A stretch of DNA of 64,000 nt from Scenedesmus sp. PABB004. Lineage: Eukaryota. Positions within the stretch are counted from its first letter, which is position 1; every line of letters begins with the position of its first letter. Where the stretch lies: contig JABVCE010000007.1 in NCBI GenBank assembly GCA_014905635.1, forward strand, positions 1,302,001 to 1,366,000, read 5' to 3'. The position numbers were made by a program, and so were the translations under genes. The notes beneath the pieces are model-generated. The model searched no databases, was not told the DNA's origin, and saw nothing but the letters and a program-made list of their open reading frames with translations. Shown here one piece after another: positions 13,201 through 24,700 of this stretch.

Positions 13201-13827
13201 CAGCGAGATCAGCCCCAGGAAGCGCTGCCGCGGCAGCGCAAACACGCCGGCCACGCCGGGCAGCTCGACGTTGAGCCAGCCGAGGACGCCGCCGTCGCGC
13301 GCGTCGTCGAGCAGCGCAGCAAACGTGAACGCCTGCAGCGGGTTTAGCGCCGCCGCGCCGGCGAGCACGCGCAGCCCCGGCGCGCCGGGCGCGCCGGCGT
13401 GCTCGGCCGTCGTGAACGACGCGGTGTTGGCGATGACCAGGAACGGCACCTGCGGCGGCGGCGGCGGGCCGCGGACGGGGTGGCGGCCGGCGGGCGGGCG
13501 CTGCGCGCGGCACGGCGGGCCGGCCAGCCGGCCGGCGCACCGCCGCGACGGCGAGCCAGAGCAGCGCGAGGCGCAGCCAGCCGAGCGTCTTGAAGTACAG
13601 CCCGATGCCGACGCCGTACGCAGAGCCCTGCAGGGCGAGGGGGCAGCGACCGACGGCGTCAGCTGCCGCTCGCCCGCGCTGCCGCGCCCGGAGCAACGCG
13701 CCCATCTCACGAGCGCCGCGCAGTCCGCGACGACGCCGGGGGCGTCGCGCAGCCGGTGCTTGAGCTTGTGCTCGATGGCCTGCCGCTTGGCGGCCTCGAC
13801 GTGCGCCGCCTCGCGCGTCGGGCTCAT
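7029..13827 (-). CDS. Multi-pass ion channel of the TMC / OSCA-TMEM63 superfamily, many exons
   Basis: Spliced peptides: YGVGIGLYFKTLGW (TMC-like pre-TM1); SDFTVIVKGLP, AVFVTFNT and AQPPEDYIYENL (OSCA/TMEM63 cytosolic-domain-like); WERHWTQSEQE; YTDFSPAWYADVG; FGSGMPALFIWGLVWLGVVDLTDRWYIARMAKAPVRY. Long low-complexity C-tail ending KKRKAKKRG*. Confidence 0.75.
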
Positions 13828-14437
13828 CGCGCTGGTCCGCTGCGAAGAGCGCGCCGCCGCCGCGGTCAAGCGCCGCCGCTGCCCGGCCACGCGGGCGGCG
13901 TGCGCCGGCGCGGCACGTGACCGTCAGCGGCGCCCCTGGCCGGCTGTTCGGGGGTGGGGCAAGCTGGCGGCGCGGCGAGCTGCGCGGCGAGCGGCGAGCG
14001 GCGCCGCGCTGCGCAGCGGCCGCGGCGGCGTGCTGGCTGTGACCGGGCCTTCGCGATGCCGATTGAGTGGCACGGACGCCCGGCGGTGCGCTCGCTGCGG
14101 CGGCGCGCTGCCGACGGGCGGCGCACGGGCGCGAGCGGCGCGGCGCCGGGCCTAAGGGCGCGCGGCGGCCGCGACCCACCGCCGCCCGCTCGGTCAGTCG
14201 CACAGCTCCTCACGCCTCACTCCTGGCGCCTCTGGCACGCCGCTGGCGCGCCGCCCGCGCCGCCGGTGCCGACGCCGGCGCACGCGGCGCCGCGCCAGCC
14301 CAGGCGCACGCGAGCCGATGCGCTAGTCAGTCAGTGCCCGGCGGGGCGCGCACGCTGCTGCGGCGCCCCACGCAGCCCGGAGCAGCAGCAGCGGCAGCGG
14401 CGGCGGCGCCGCTGCTGCTGCTGCGCGCTCGAACGAG

Positions 14438-17400
14438 ATGGCCTTCTGCCCCGCCTGCTACGGCACCAGCCTCACCTTTGAGGCGGGCGTGCTGGTATGC
14501 GACGCGTGCGGCACGCAGACGCAGGTGCGCCGCCGCGGCCGCTGCGCAGCGGCCGCTGCGCCACCGCCCGCCCGCCGCCCGCCGCGCCGGCGAGCGCCGA
14601 CCTGCGCCGCGGCGGCGCGCGCGCGACGCCGGCAGACGGTGCAAGAGGAGTCTGAGTTCCAGGCGGGCATCGACGACCTCGCCCGGGGCGGCGCCGCGCG
14701 GCGGGCAGCCAGGGCGGCAGCCAGGTGTCGCAGGCGAGCCTCATCGCGGCGGCCGAGCACGACGCGGCGGCGCGGCTCAAGGGCGCGGCGCTCGCGTACG
14801 CGCGCTGCCTGCAGCTGCTCCTGCGGGTGCGCGCGCGCGCGCGCGCGGCGGCGGGGCGCGCGGCGCCGCGCCCGCTCACGTGCCCGCCGCCGCCGCCGCC
14901 GCGCGAACAGGCGCAGGCCGACGCGCTGGTCGACTGCTTTGGCGCCAGCCCGGAGCTGCCGGGCGTGGTGCGCGGGCTGTGGCTCGCGCTCGTGCCGTTC
15001 ACGGGCCTGCTGGAGCCTCGCATCCATGAGCTCTGGTGGCAGCAGCGCCCGTACGACATGGCGGCGGCGGAGGCCATGGCCGGCGTCCGCACGCAGCGAC
15101 GCCAACACGCCGGCGGGCCGGGCGGCGGCCTGCACCTAGCGCCGGGCGGCTGGGTCGTCACGAGCGCCGGCGCCGCGCCCGGCGGCAGTGCGCGGGCGCC
15201 GCACGGCGGCGGGCGCGCGGCGGGCACGCGGCCGCGCCACCGGCTGGCAGGCCTGCGCGCGGCGCAGCTGGCAAAGCCACAAAACATGAAGCGCCTGCTG
15301 TGGCGGGTGTGTGTGTGCATGCGCGCTCGCGGGCCGCCGGCGCGCGCGGCGCGCCCCGCCGCCGCCCCCGCCCCCGACCGCCGCCCGCCGCCACCTGCTC
15401 GCTCGCGGCGCCGCTCGCCCGCCAGCTGCTGCACCCGCAGGCGACGCTGCGGCTGTGCTTTGTCGGATGCCTGCTGCTGCGCGAGGCAATCACCTGGCAT
15501 GACATCATGGCCTGGGCGCTGGACGGGCAGCTGCCGTTCCTGGGGCTGCCGCTGCTGGCGCGCGAGGCGCTGCCGGGTGCGCCGCGCGGCGCCCGCGGGG
15601 GCGCCGCCGCGCACCCCGACGCCCGCCGTGCGCACGCGCGAGGCGCTGGCGGGTGTGGCGCGCCGCCCGTGGGGGCGCCGCGCGCTCAGCCTGTCATCGC
15701 CGCCGCCGTCGCCGCGCAGGCGACGTGCTGGCGGCGCTGCCGCTGCGGGTGCTGCAGCCGCAGGTCACACAGGACCCGCTCCCCTTCGCCACCAGCTGTC
15801 TGAGCCTCGCCGCCCGCCTTGGGCTCACGCTGCCGCCGGTGGCGGGCGAGGGGCTGCTGCTGCGCTGCGCGCTGGAGCTGGGCCTGCCGCCGGTGAGCCA
15901 GCTGCCCCTGGCCGCCGCCCGCCTCGCATCGCCGCCGCTCGCCGTGGCGCCTCACGCCCGCGCGCGCCCGCGCGGCAGGTCGTGGTCGAGGCGGCCACGC
16001 AGCTGCACACGCTGTACCTGCTGGGCACGCCGCGCCTCACGCTCAGCGTGGCGGGGCTGGCGGCGCGGCCGCACCCCTACGCCTGGCTTGCTGCGGTCGT
16101 GGTCGTGGCCATCAAGCTGCTCTTTGGCCTGGGGGCGCCCGAGGAGGAGGAGGAAGAGGAGGAGACGGAAGCGGAGGAGACGGAAGCGGAGGGCACGGGG
16201 GACGGCGACGCAGCGGAGGGCGGCGAGCACGAGGGCGCCGGCGAGCAGCGAGAGCAGCAGCAGCAGGCCCCGGCAGGCGGCGATGCGGGCGACGCACGCG
16301 CCGCGGCGGCGCCGGAGAGCCCGGGCAGCCCAGCAGCGCTGGGCAGCCCGCCCTCCGCGGCGCCAGCCAGCCAGCCGAACGGCGTCGACGACAGCCAGCC
16401 GGCGGCGGCCGACCGCGACGCGAGCTCGCAGGACGAGCAGGCAGCAGAAGAGGCCGAGGGCAGCCAGCCGCTGGGCGGAGCGGCGGGCGCGCAGCTGGTG
16501 CCTGACGGCCCCCGGGCGGCTGGCTGGCGTGGGCGCAGGCGCTGCTGCCGCAGCTCCCCGGCCTCTCCACCCTGCCGCTCTCACAGCAGGAGGTGCGCGC
16601 GCGGCAGCTGCCCCGGGGCGCGCCGGCACGCTGCTGCTGCTGCTGGCCGCACCTCCCTTGTGCGCCAGCTGAGCTGCTGCGCCGCCGCCGCTGCGCCAGG
16701 TGCTGGCGCTGCCGCCGGGCCTGGCGCGGCTGTACATCGCCCACACCCGCCACGTGACCTTTGCCGGCCACCGCCCGGCGGCAAACCTGGAGGACCTCCA
16801 CCGCAGCCTGGCGGGCTGGTTTGAGCGCAGCCTCGATGCGCAGCGCGCGGCCGAGCTGGCGCAGCCGCCCCCGGCGCAGCCGCCGCAGTGGTCGCCCGCC
16901 GCCGAGCCGGCGCGGGAGCTGGCGCGGGCGCACGAGCCGCCGCAGCCGCCGGCGTCGCAGCTCACGCCGGCGCGCGCAGCGGTCAGCCCCGTGCAGGCCA
17001 GCGGCGGCGGGCGGGGCGCCGGCGTGGGCGGCGGCGCCGGCGGCCCCACGCCACCCTCTGTGGCGGGGGCGGCGGCCGGCAGCAGCCGCACGCCGCCGGG
17101 GGCGCAGCAGCTGCCGCCTCTGCCGCAGCCGTGGCAGCAGTCGCCGCCCATGCTGCTGCCGCTGGGCGCGCTCGGCACGCCGCAGTCGCAGTCGCAGCCG
17201 CAGCTGGACGCGCCGCTGTCGGGGGGCGAGCAGCGGCCGCTGTCGCAGGCAACGCCGCAGCAGCCCTGGCTGCTGCAGCAGAGCCAGGCGCAGCCCGAGC
17301 TGGGCTGGCAGTCGCAGGCGCCGCACGACTGGCCGCCCGGCTCGCAGCCGGGCTCGCAGGAGTGGCGCTCGCCCGTGCTCACGCAGGTGCCGCCGCCGAG

Positions 17401-18070
17401 CCAGAGCCCGCTGCAGTCGCCCGGCAGCCAGCACGCGCCGGGGTTCTTTCAGTCGCAGGAGCTCACGCAGGAGGTGCCGTCGCTGTACGAGCAGCTCCGC
17501 GCGCTGCGGGAGCGCCAGCGCGACGAGGCGGCCGCGGCGCAGGCGGGCGCGTGGGGCGAGTGGCGCGCGTCGCAGGGCCTGCCGGCCGAGAAGTCGTCGG
17601 ACGGCGACGCCGGCGGCGACGCCGGCGACCCTGCAGAGGGGCAGGAGGAGGAGGGCGAGGAGGAGGAGGGCGACGACGACGAGGACGAGGCGGGGCGCGC
17701 GGCGGGGCGCGCGGTCGAGGCGGCGTGGGCGGCGCGCGAGCGCGCGCTCGCGGACGCCGACGCCGCGGACGCCGACGCCGAGGCGGCCGCCGAGGCGCTG
17801 GACCCGGCCGACCCGCGCTACCCGATGCTCCTCGCGGCGCGCGGCGCGGCGGCGAGCATGGCGCGGCTGCCGCCGGAGCTCGCGGCCGTCGTGCTCGTGC
17901 TCGCGGGCTGGGCGCGCGTGGCGCCGCTGCTGCTGCTCGACTGCGTGCGCGCGCTGGAGGAGCAGATGCTGCTGGTGGAGGCGGCGCTGCGCGGCGGCGA
18001 GCGGCGCGGCGAGGCGGCGCCGCGCGGCGAGCAGCAGCCGATGGAGGTCGACGGCGGCGGCGGCGCGTGA
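14438..18070 (+). CDS. TAF1B: RNA polymerase I TBP-associated factor B (TAF1B/Rrn7/MEE12-like), multi-exon, with apparent indels near 14710 and 16510
   Basis: N-terminal zinc ribbon MAFCPACYGTSLTFEAGVLVCDACGTQ. Cyclin-fold segments LQLLLR/QAQADALVDCFGASPELPGVVRGLW and TLRLCFVGCLLLREAITWHDIMAWALDGQLPFL are typical of Rrn7/TAF1B. Confidence 0.8.
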
Positions 18071-18444
18071 GGCAATCGTCGATCGCACCACCGCATCCGG
18101 CCAGACCACTAGGAGCGCGCTCTGCAGCGGCCGCGCGAGCGCGGCAGCGACCGCGCCGGCGGCAGCGGCGCCGCTGCCGCCGGGGTTTTTGGCGACCGCG
18201 GGGATGGTTGCCGCCGCGCTCGGCACGCTCCGTCACACGCCACCGACAGCTGGGCGCCGGGCGGGCCCATCCCGCTCGCCGAGCTGCAACCGGCCCCGTT
18301 GCGGGCCTCCCCCACGCGCGGGCGATGCCCCGGTCGCCCCGCCGATAGCCGATATCAGCCGCACCAGCAGACCGTGACGCGGGGGGCGTCGACCGCAGTC
18401 CGGCGGAGCGGCCCGCGGGCGGAGCAGCAGCAGCAGCGGCGGCC

Positions 18445-18712
18445 ATGGGTGCGCCGCCCGCCCCGCGCCGCCGGGCGCGCTGCGGGCGCGGCGGCGCCGC
18501 GTTCGGCACCGCGCCCACCGCCACGCGCGCCCCGCAGGGATCCCCAAGTTCTACCGCTGGCTCAGCGAGCGGTACCCGCTGCTCAACATGCCGGTGACGG
18601 CGACCGAGGCGCCGCCAGAGGTGGACAACCTCTACCTCGACATGAACGGCATCATCCACAACTGCACGCACGCCAACGACCCGTCGCTGAAGCTCACGGA
18701 GACCGAGATGGT

Positions 18713-18745
<33 letters not shown>

Positions 18746-21700
18746 GTCGGTCGCGCGGCGGCAGCGCGGCGGGCCGCCCCGCGGCGGCGGCGCCCCGCGC
18801 TGAGCGCCCCGCGCTCACCGCGCGGCGGTGCGCCTGGCCGCGCCAGGTGATCCGCATCTTCACGTACCTCGACAAGCTCATCCACATCATGAAGCCCCGC
18901 AAGCTCGTGATGATGGCCATCGACGGTGCGCGCGCGCCGCCGCCGCCGTCCTGCAAGCACGCGCGGCGCGTCCTGCAAGAAGCGCGCGATGCGCTGCGCC
19001 GCGCCGCTCCTCGAGCGCGGGGCCGGCCGAGGGCGACGGCGGCGCGCGCGGCGCGGCGCGGCGCGCTCACGACCGCCGCGGCGCGCAGGCGTGGCGCCGC
19101 GCGCCAAGATGAACCAGCAGCGCTCGCGGCGGTTCAAGTCGGCGCTGGAGCGCCTGGCGGTGCGCGGCGCTGCGCTGCGGCGGCGGCGGCCGCGGCAGCG
19201 GCGGCGGCGGCGGCAGCGGCGACAACGGCCGCGTGCGCCGCGCGCCTCCCGCCCACCCGCCTCCACCCCCCCCCCCCTCTCCCCCGCGTGCGCCAGCTGG
19301 AGGCGGAGAAGGAGGCCAAGGGCGAGGCGACGCCTGAGGAGTACAAGTTTGACTCCAACTGCATCACCCCCGGCACCGCGTTCATGGCCCGCCTCGGCAA
19401 GCACCTGCGCTTCTTCATTCGCCGCAAGATCGCGGAGGACCCGGTCTGGCAGGCGCCCGTCATCATCTTCTCGGGTGCGCCCGTGCGCCCGCGTCAGCAG
19501 CCTTTCTTGTTGGCTTTTTTTGTGTTTTTCTTGATTTTTTTTCGGCGCCGCGTCCCCGACGACGGCGCGCTCTAAACCCTGCCCGCCGCGCGCCCGCCGC
19601 GGCCGCACCAACGACGCCCCCAGGCCACGACGTGCCGGGCGAGGGCGAGCACAAGATCATGGAGTACATCCGCTGGCAGCGCCGCTCGCCCGCGTACGTG
19701 CCCAACCAGCGGCACTGCATGTACGGCCTCGACGCCGACCTCATCATGCTCTCGCTCGTCACGCACGAGCCGCACTTCTGCCTCTTGCGCGAGGTGCGCG
19801 GCGACGCGGCGCGCGCTGAGGCGGCGCGGCGCGTGGCGCGCTGACGATGCGGGCGAGGCGGCGGCGCGCGCGCGTGCGCTTGAACGCGGCGGCGCGCGCT
19901 GCGCTGCGTCGCCGCCGCCGCGGCCGACCGCCGCCCCGCCGCCCGCGCGCGGCCACCGCGACCCAGGTGGTGAGCTTCACGGGGCGCAACCGGGGGCAGC
20001 CCGCGCGCGAGACGCTGGCCAACCCGACGGCCGAGAACTTCATACTCTTCCAGATCGGGTGCGCGCGGGGGGGGGGGGGGGCGCACAAGGGGGGAGGGGG
20101 GAGGGGGGCGCACAAGGGGGGAGGGGGGAGGGGGGCGCACAAGGGGGAGGGGGGAGGGGGGCGCACAAGGGGGGAGGTGGGCGCTGTTGCCGCCTGACCA
20201 CCCCCCGCGCGCGTCGGGCCAGCCCCCCCGGGCGCTGGGGCTGATCCGACTGCCTCACCATCACGCCCACGCCTTCACCTGCCCACCCACCCACCCACCC
20301 ACCCCACCCACCCACCCACCCACCCACCCACCCACCCACCCACCCACCCACCCACCCACCACCCACCCACCCACCCGCGCCCCTCGCCCGCCCACCCACA
20401 CCCACCCACCCGCCCGCCCACCCACACTCACGCACACCCCACACACCACACACCCGCCCGCCAGGCTGCTGCGCGAGTACGTGGAGCTCGAGTTCAGCAC
20501 CGCGTTCGCCGGGCCCACCGCGCTGCCGTTCCCGCTCGACGCGGAGCGCGTGATCGACGACATCGTGCTTTTCTGCATGCTTGTGGGCAACGACTTCCTG
20601 CCCGGTGCGGGGCTGTGGCTGCGCGTGGTTGTGTGGCTGTGTGTGCGTGGTTGTGTGCGTGGGTTTAGCAGGGTTTAGTGGCGGCGCCGGGGTTGCAGGG
20701 TTCAGGGGTCGAGGACGAGGCCCGAGGTTCAGGGGTTGTAGGGGTTGGAGAGTCGCGGCAGGCGAGAGGTTGAGGGTCGCGGGTGCAGGGGGCAGCGCCC
20801 TGGTCGGAGGGGGTTGCAGTTGGGTTGTGCCGCCGCGCGCCGATGCGCGCCGCCTGAACCCCCGCGCGCCGCGCCGCGCGCAGCGCTGCCGACGCTGGAC
20901 ATCGCGGAGGGCGCGCTGAACCAGCTGATCGAGCTGTACAAGTCGCTGCTGCCCCGCCTCGGCGGCTACCTCACGCACGCGGGCGAGCTCAACCACGACC
21001 GGTTGCAGGCGCGGCGCGAGCGCGGGAGGGCGGGGGGGGGGGGTGTTTGGGGGGGAGAGGAGAGGGGATACGCTACGGGGCAGCGTGGCGGAGGGGGCCG
21101 CCGCGGGGCAGCCGCCGAGCCGCCGCTGCGCGTGCCCGCCGCGGCAGGTGCTGCTGGGCGCGGTCGCGGACAAGGAGCTGACCACGCTGGAGGAGCGCGC
21201 GGCGGTGAGGCGGCCGCGGGCGCCGCGCGCGGCCGGCTGCGCGGCCCGCGCCCACCCCCCTGCGCGCCGCCCGCGCCGCCTCGCGCCTCCCCCCCCCTCA
21301 ACACCCCTCCCGCCCGCCCGCCCGCCCGCCCGCAGGACACCGAGTATTTCGAGGCCAAGCGCGCCAAGCGCGACGGCCGCGGCTTCGGCGGCGGCGGCGG
21401 CCGCGGCGGCGGCCGCGGCGGCGGGGGCGGCGGCGCCAGCAACGGCCGGCCCGCGCCCGGCGGCGGCGCCGGCGCCGGCGGCGGCCGCGCCGCGGCGCTG
21501 CAGGCGCAGCAGCAGGCGGCGCTGGGGCTGGAGCCGCTGCCGTCCTTCTTCGACACCCTCGGCGCCCTCGGCGACGCGGAGGGCGGCGACGCGCTCGAGC
21601 GCGGCGCCGCGGCCGGCCGCGCGGGTGCGCGGCGCGCCTGCCTGCCGCCGCCGCCGCCCTGCCGCGCGCCGCGCCGCCCCCGCCGCACGCCGCGCCGCCG

Positions 21701-24700
21701 CCCCTCTGCCCCTCTCACTCCCGCGCCCGCCCGCGCGCCCCTCCCAGGCGGCGGCAAGCGCGGCGGCGTGCCGCTCGTGCCCGACATCGCCGGCCTGGTG
21801 GGCCCGCTGGAGGGCGAGGAGGAGGAGGAGGCGGCGGGGCCGACCATGATGAGCAAGGAGGCGCGGTCCCTCTTCCTCAACGGCGGCGGCGAGGCGGCGC
21901 TGCAGGCCTGGAAGGCGCGCGCGCCGGCGCGCGGCGCGCGCGGCGCGCGCGGCGCGCGGCGCAGGGCGGCCGGACCGGCGCGGCGCGGCGCGCGGCGCCG
22001 CCGTTTTGCCGTCCGCCGCCGCCGCGGAAGAGACCAACGCCTCGGGCGCCCTAAACCCTGGGCCCCTGCGCCGCCGCGCCCCCGCACCGCCCTCCCCTCC
22101 TGCGCGCACGCGCAGGAGCGGTACTACACGGAGAAGCTGGAGGTCCCCAACGCGGGGCCGGACAGCACGGCCACGGTCGTGGCGCACTACATCCGCGGCC
22201 TGCACTGGGTGCTGCAGGTGACGCGCGCGCCGCGCAACGCGGCCCGGGCACGCGCGTCACCGGCGGCCGCGCCTGCGCCGCCCCGCCGCGCCGTCCCCCT
22301 CCCCGTCGCGCCGCGCCGCACGCCTCGCCCGCTCTCGACCCCCCCTCTCAGCGCTCGCCGCGCGACCCGGCCCCTGAACCCTAAACCCCCGCGCCCCGCC
22401 CGCTTAACCCCCGCTACAACCCCAGTACTACTACCGCGGCGTCGCGAGCTGGGACTGGTTCTACCCCTACCACTATGCGCCCATGGCCCAGGACATGCGT
22501 GCACTCGGACACATCGACGGTGCGCGCGGCACGCGCGGCAGCCGGCGGCGGGGCGGGGCGCGCGCGCGGGGCTGCGGGCGCGGGCGGCGTGGGCGGCGTG
22601 GGCGGCGCGAGTGCGCGCGCCGCCGGCTGCCGCCGCCGACCGCTGACGCGCCCGCGTGCGCCGCCGCCGCCCGCCGGCACACGCCCGCCGCCCGCAGTCT
22701 CGTTCAGCCGCGGCCGCCCGTTCCGGCCGTTTGAGCAGCTGCTCGCGGTGCTGCCGGCCGCGAGCGCGTCGCTGCTGCCGGGGCCGTTCCGCCCGCTGAT
22801 GACGCACCCGCGCTCGCCCGTGCTCGACTTTTACCCCGAGAGCTTTGCCGTCGACATGGAGGGCAAGCGCGCCGAGTGGGAGGGCGTGGTCAAGGTCCCC
22901 TTCATCGACGAGGCCCGCCTGCTCGCCGCCGCGGCGAGTGTGCCGCTCGACTCGTGAGCTGCAGCGCGCGCAGGGGGCTGGCATGCGTGTTTTTTTTGGG
23001 GGGGGGGGGGCAGGGGAGGCGGCACGGCGTCGCCCGCACGCGCGGCGCCCGACGCGCCCGCCCGCCCGCGCGCGCGCGCGCAGGCTGACGGCGGAGGAGC
23101 GGCGGCGCAACGTGCCGGGTGACATGCTGGTCTTTCAGTTTGCGGCGGGGCGGCACGAGGTGGAGCACTGCGCCAGCACGCTGCCCGTGCACTTCCCCTC
23201 GGTCGGCGCGGCGCACTCGAGCTGCCGCGCGGTGCCGCCGCCGGAGCCGCTGCCCGACGGCGAGCGCGGCTTCGTGCCCGCGCTGCCCAAGGGCACCGCG
23301 ACGGGCAAGCGCTGCCCGCCGGGCTTCCCGACGCTCAAGACCATGTCGGTGAGTGTGGGTGTGTTTTGTGGGGTGGCGTGTGTGGGCGGTCGGGGCAGGG
23401 CGGCATCACGCCGCCGCCGCGGCCTCCCTCGCCCCGCCGCCGCCTCGGCCTCCCTCGCCGCCGCCACGGCCTCCCTCGCCGCCGCCGCGGCCTCCCTCGC
23501 CCCCGTTGCCCCCCCCCCCCCCCCCCTCCCACGCCCGCGCCCGCGCCCACGCCCGGCCCAGAACCTGCGCGTCGAGCTGCGCGCGGCGGGGGTCAACGTG
23601 TTTGGCAACGCGAGCAAGAAGGACTCCCTCATCCTCGGCCTGCCCCACGTGTCGCCGAGCCTGTCCGACGTGGGCGGCCCGCTGCTGCGCGGCATGCTTG
23701 GGGGGCGGGTGTATGTCAAGTGGCCCTACCTGCAGGAGGCAGAGGTGGGTGGGTGGGTGGGGGGGGGAGGGGGGGGGGGCGGCGCGGCGCGCGGCGGGGG
23801 CGGCGGCGGCGCGGCGGGGGCGGAGGAGAAGGGGAGAGTCCGGGGGCGGGGGCGAGCACGCGCGAGAGAGAGGGACAGAGAGAGCGGCCAGCGCTCACCG
23901 CCCCCGCGTCCGCGCGCGCGTGCGCGCGCCGCAGATCGTGGCGGTGTCGGACGCGCGGCAGCGCGTCTCGTCCTCGGGGTCGGCGCCGCACGCGCCCGAG
24001 GCGGCGGGCGCGTGGCGCACCGCGGCGGGCGCGACCAAGAACGCGTTCCTCACCAGCATGGGCATCGACGTCGGCCCCCTCCCCATCATGCTCGACGTCC
24101 GCGTCTGCACCGGCTTTGTGCGCGGCCTCGACGGCTCCGCGCGCAAGGAGTATGCGGCCGAGCTCGCGCCCTACCCCCTGCAGGCGCGGCGGCGGCGCCG
24201 CGGCGCAGCGCTCGGGCGCGCGGCGTGTGCGGGCGCGCGGCGTGTGCGGCGCGCGGCGTGTGCGGGCGCGGGGTGCGCGGGCGGGCGCGAGAGCGAGCGG
24301 CGAGCCCCCGGCCGCCGCGGCGGCGCGCGCAGGCGGTGCTGCAGAGCCGGCCCAAGCCGCCGCCGGGCTACGCCGACCCCGACGCGCCCAAGGACCCCGC
24401 GCTCTCGCCCGGCGCGCGCGCGGTGTGGCTCGGCGACAAGTGGTTTGGCGCCGTCGCGACGGTGCTGGCCGACCCCGCGCTGAAGGTCGCCGGCGCGCCG
24501 AGCGGGCCGGGCTACCTCGTGCGCGTCCAGGTGCGCCCCCGCCCGCCGCGGCGCCGCGCGCCCCGCGCCCGCGGCGGGCCCGCGGCAGCCGCCGCCGCGC
24601 CGCGGCGGGGCCGCCGCCCCGCGGGGGCCCGCCCGCCGGCCGCCGGCCCCGACGCCGCCGCCGGCCCCAACGCCGCCGCCCCGCGCCGCGCCGCCGCCGC

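Noticed and set aside
20067..23502. Tandem repeats as a CRISPR array, or introns as introner/transposon copies
   Set aside because: There are no unique spacers or cas genes and the context is eukaryotic. I saw no long shared sequence, terminal inverted repeats or target-site duplications among introns.
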